64,000 nt of DNA from Nitrospirota bacterium. GTDB lineage: Bacteria > Nitrospirota > UBA9217. The notes under the pieces are model-generated. The model searched no databases and was not told the origin of the DNA. It saw only the letters and a list, made by a program, of their open reading frames with translations. Made by a program: the position numbers and the translations under genes. Position 1 is the stretch's first letter, and each line of letters begins with the position of its first letter. Below are positions 61,339 through 64,000 of this stretch, one piece after another. The stretch spans positions 32,001 through 96,000 of the forward strand of contig CAVUHW010000008.1 in the NCBI GenBank assembly GCA_963741205.1. Reading direction: 5' to 3'.

Positions 61339-62076
61339 CTAACTCATATACCTCCCGCCGTTTACATTGATAGTCTGTCCGGTAATGAAGCCGTTACAGG
61401 CAAGCAGCACGGCGACCGCGGCGACTTCTTCGGGCTCTCCGAAGCGGCCGAGCGGCACCATGCTCACGTTCAACTGCGGGAGGTTCGCCGACATATCGGA
61501 CCGAATCGGCCCCGGGGCGATGGTATTCGCGGTGATTCCTTCCTTTGCAAGCTGTGACGCGTAGTAGTGCGTGAGCCCGATGAGCCCCGCTTTTGAGGCG
61601 GCATAATGGGGACCGACGACGCCTCCGAGCTGGGCCGCGGTAGATGAAATATTGATGATCCTGCCCCAACGCGCGGTCCTCATGCCGGAAACGACCGCCT
61701 GGGTAACGAGAAAAGGTGCCCTCAAATTGACGTTCACGAGGGCGTCCCAGTCCTGTTCGGTGATAGTATCGAGGGTCTGCGTCCGTGCAATGCCTGCATT
61801 GTTTACCAGGATGGTCACCGTCCCGAGCTCGCGTCGAACGGTTTCCACCAGCCTTGTAACGTCCGGTGCCGATGAGACGTCCGCCCGCACTGCTGTGCAA
61901 TGTCTGCCAAGGTCCTTGATCTTACCGCAAACGTCCTGCGCTTCTTGTTCGTGTGCCCAATAGTTTATTGCGACATCCGCGCCTGCCTCCGCGAGGGCCA
62001 GGGCGATGGCCTTGCCGATGCCGCGGCTTGACCCAGTCACGAGGGCTGTTTTCCCGCTCAACTCCTGTGAACCCAT
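61339..62076 (-). CDS. SDR family oxidoreductase (FabG-like)
   Basis: TGSSRGIG, NNAG, YAASK. Confidence 0.93.
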   Translation of the reverse strand: MGSQELSGKTALVTGSSRGIGKAIALALAEAGADVAINYWAHEQEAQDVCGKIKDLGRHCTAVRADVSSAPDVTRLVETVRRELGTVTILVNNAGIARTQTLDTITEQDWDALVNVNLRAPFLVTQAVVSGMRTARWGRIINISSTAAQLGGVVGPHYAASKAGLIGLTHYYASQLAKEGITANTIAPGPIRSDMSANLPQLNVSMVPLGRFGEPEEVAAVAVLLACNGFITGQTINVNGGRYMS

Positions 62077-62348
62077 GGCAATTGACCTCCTTGATGTTCG
62101 ATGCCGATCATTCGTTCTATTCTATCACCATCGAGCGGCCGGAGTTTTCAGTTCAGCAGATCGGACAACGCTTCCGAGCCTATCATCGAGATATCCTACT
62201 TTGGTAGGATAAATATATTTTGTAATTTCTCTTCTCGCGGCCCTTGCCAACGCAGTTTTCCCGCACTAAACTTATTTTGTATCTTTTGCTCTTGCCCTAA
62301 ATTCTGCTGCACTACAGCAAACTTTTTTGCACACGTATCCAGTTATCC

Positions 62349-62468
62349 GTCATTCCGGCAAGGTTCTAGCCGGAATCCAGTGGCTTTGATTTTGCTTTTT
62401 CTTGAAAACTTGGATTCCCGATAGAACCATTGCCTGCATGACAACGTAAAGTGGGGAGCGGGAATGAC
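62349..62468. repeat. REP-like element with insertion in right hairpin
   Basis: gtcattccggc..gccggaatcca ... tggattcccg..gcgggaatgac. Confidence 0.8.
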
Positions 62469-62493
62469 AAAAGTGTCAAGGAGGAATCCCTGC

Positions 62494-63132
62494 ATGGAAA
62501 AAGAAGACCATAAAGAAAAAAAGTCCCCGGATGACCCGGAGATGAAAGGCATGACCCGCCGCGGATTTCTTACGAGTGTGGGCGCGAGCGCCGCGGGTCT
62601 GGCCCTCTCCGAACGGCTCGGGGTGAAGCCCGCCGAAGCCGTGGAAGTGACTGAGCCGGGTCAGGCTTCCCGGATCGAGCTCACGATCAACGGCAGAAAA
62701 CACCGGCTCCTGGTCGAGCCTCGGTGGTCGCTGCTGTTCGTGCTCCGGGAACACCTGGGGTTTACGGGCACGAAGGTGGGATGCGAACGGGGCGAGTGCG
62801 GCGCCTGCACGGTCCTGATAAACGGCGTCCCGCGCTATGCCTGCATGACCCTGGCGGTCGAGGCGGACGGAAGAGAGATCACGACCGTTGAGGGCCTCAT
62901 GCGCGGCGAGGAACTGGGGCCTGTGCAGCAGGCATTCCTTGAAAAGGACGCATACCAGTGCGGTTACTGCACGCCGGGACAGATCATGGCCGTGGAGGGG
63001 CTGCTTCGAAAGACCCCATCTCCCACGCAGGACGAGGTGAGAGAGGGCGTGAGCGGGAACCTCTGCAGGTGCGGCGCTTACGTGAACATCTTCAAGGCCG
63101 CGCAGAGAGCGGCGGAACTCAAGAAGGCATAG
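62494..63132 (+). CDS. Xanthine-dehydrogenase-family 2Fe-2S subunit with Tat signal
   Basis: TRRGFL; GCERGECGAC; QCGYC; NLCRC. Confidence 0.94.
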   Translation: MEKEDHKEKKSPDDPEMKGMTRRGFLTSVGASAAGLALSERLGVKPAEAVEVTEPGQASRIELTINGRKHRLLVEPRWSLLFVLREHLGFTGTKVGCERGECGACTVLINGVPRYACMTLAVEADGREITTVEGLMRGEELGPVQQAFLEKDAYQCGYCTPGQIMAVEGLLRKTPSPTQDEVREGVSGNLCRCGAYVNIFKAAQRAAELKKA

Positions 63133-63163
63133 TGAGAGGTTCAATTGTAAAACCTTATGTTTT

Positions 63164-63236
63164 GTCATTCCCGCGAAAGCGGGAATCCATTCTCGTATTG
63201 AAAAGCCAATGGATTCCGGGTCAAGCCCGGAATGAC
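63164..63236. repeat. REP-like double-hairpin element
   Basis: gtcattcccgcgaaagcgggaatcca ... tggattccgggtcaagcccggaatgac. Confidence 0.88.
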
Positions 63237-63285
63237 AGCGCGTGGATATGAGGCTTTACTGATGGCCTTAAATGCGAGGTGAGGC

Positions 63286-64000
63286 ATGAACAAGGATGAT
63301 AAGAAAGATTACTACGTCAAGGGGATCCCGGTTCCGGAAACTCCGGAGCCTGACGTAACCGCCGAGCCCTGGAAGAAAACAAAGATCGTGGGCAAGGCCC
63401 TGCCGCGGGTCGACGGCTATGACCGGGTGAGCGGCTCGGCGATCTACGCCTCGGACATTACCATGCCCGAAATGCTCTACGGAGCGATCCTCCGAAGTCC
63501 CCATCCTCATGCGATCGTCAAGGCCGTCGATACAAAGGAAGCGGAGAAGATGCCGGGTGTTCGCGCCGTAATCTCCGGATCGAGCCCCGAGGCCGATCTT
63601 CTGTGGCCGTACGCGAAAGATATGAGCATGAAGCTTTTCGATCCCCACTGTCGCTATGAGGGAGAGGTAGTGGCCGCGGTGGCCGCTGAAACTCCGTACC
63701 ACGCGTGGGACGCGCTCAAGGCCATCAGGGTGGACTATGAGGTGTTGCCCTATATTGCCGATGAGCGGAAGTCGCTCGCTGCCGGCGCCCCACAGATCCA
63801 CGAGGGTGGAAACAAGGTCAAGACCGATACCTACGAAAGGGGAGACGTGAAGAAGGGGTTTGCCGAGGCGGACGTTGTTCTCGAGCAGACGTACCGCACG
63901 GCCTGCGAAATCCACACACCCATGGAGCTGCACGGCTCTGCGGCGAAGTGGGACGGCGACAGTCTCACGATCTGGGAGTCCACCCAGGGAGTATACTCGA
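63286..64000 (+). CDS. Xanthine-dehydrogenase-family molybdopterin-binding subunit (partial, runs off window)
   Basis: VGKALPRVDGYDRVSG.A.Y..D, LRSPHPHA, HTPMELHG, WESTQG. Confidence 0.9.
   Translation, partial: MNKDDKKDYYVKGIPVPETPEPDVTAEPWKKTKIVGKALPRVDGYDRVSGSAIYASDITMPEMLYGAILRSPHPHAIVKAVDTKEAEKMPGVRAVISGSSPEADLLWPYAKDMSMKLFDPHCRYEGEVVAAVAAETPYHAWDALKAIRVDYEVLPYIADERKSLAAGAPQIHEGGNKVKTDTYERGDVKKGFAEADVVLEQTYRTACEIHTPMELHGSAAKWDGDSLTIWESTQGVYS

Noticed and set aside
62216-62340. AT-rich stretch ending ttttttgcacac resembling an IS terminal repeat
   Set aside because: No partner inverted repeat or transposase nearby.

Overview
GC-rich bacterial chromosomal window. Gene content and order suggest a Nitrospirota- or Desulfobacterota-like organism (inference only). 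Many single-base frameshifts, densest at about 2.5-23 kb, look like long-read or low-coverage errors. About 0.4-8 kb holds a co-oriented minus-strand cluster: PhcB-like SAM methyltransferase, FabG, catalytically dead KS (CLF-like), FabZ, intact KS, ACP, a decayed FAD oxidoreductase and a membrane hybrid histidine kinase. This is a candidate lipid-signal (quorum-sensing-like) synthesis-plus-sensing system with an AT-rich specificity core. About 10-19 kb holds an SOS-boxed umuD-like gene separated from a Y-family polymerase by about 6.8 kb of co-oriented accessory genes with attC-like remnants. Right after it lies an unannotated, extensively base-paired ~315-nt minus-strand ncRNA candidate (19059-19371) with its own sigma70 promoter. 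A sigma54 promoter with enhancer sites drives unannotated micro-ORFs at 25.2-25.6 kb. The rest is mostly housekeeping: lgt, infA, gmhA, rsmA, opp permeases, folK, the argG-argH-lysA-dapF-dapA-dapB-dapL region, panC, mreBCD-mrdA-rodA-radical SAM-rng, an RlmL-like methylase and the start of a xanthine-dehydrogenase-family operon. Palindromic REP-like elements and 7-mer repeat patches are interspersed. No rRNA, tRNA, CRISPR array, integrase or transposase was found.
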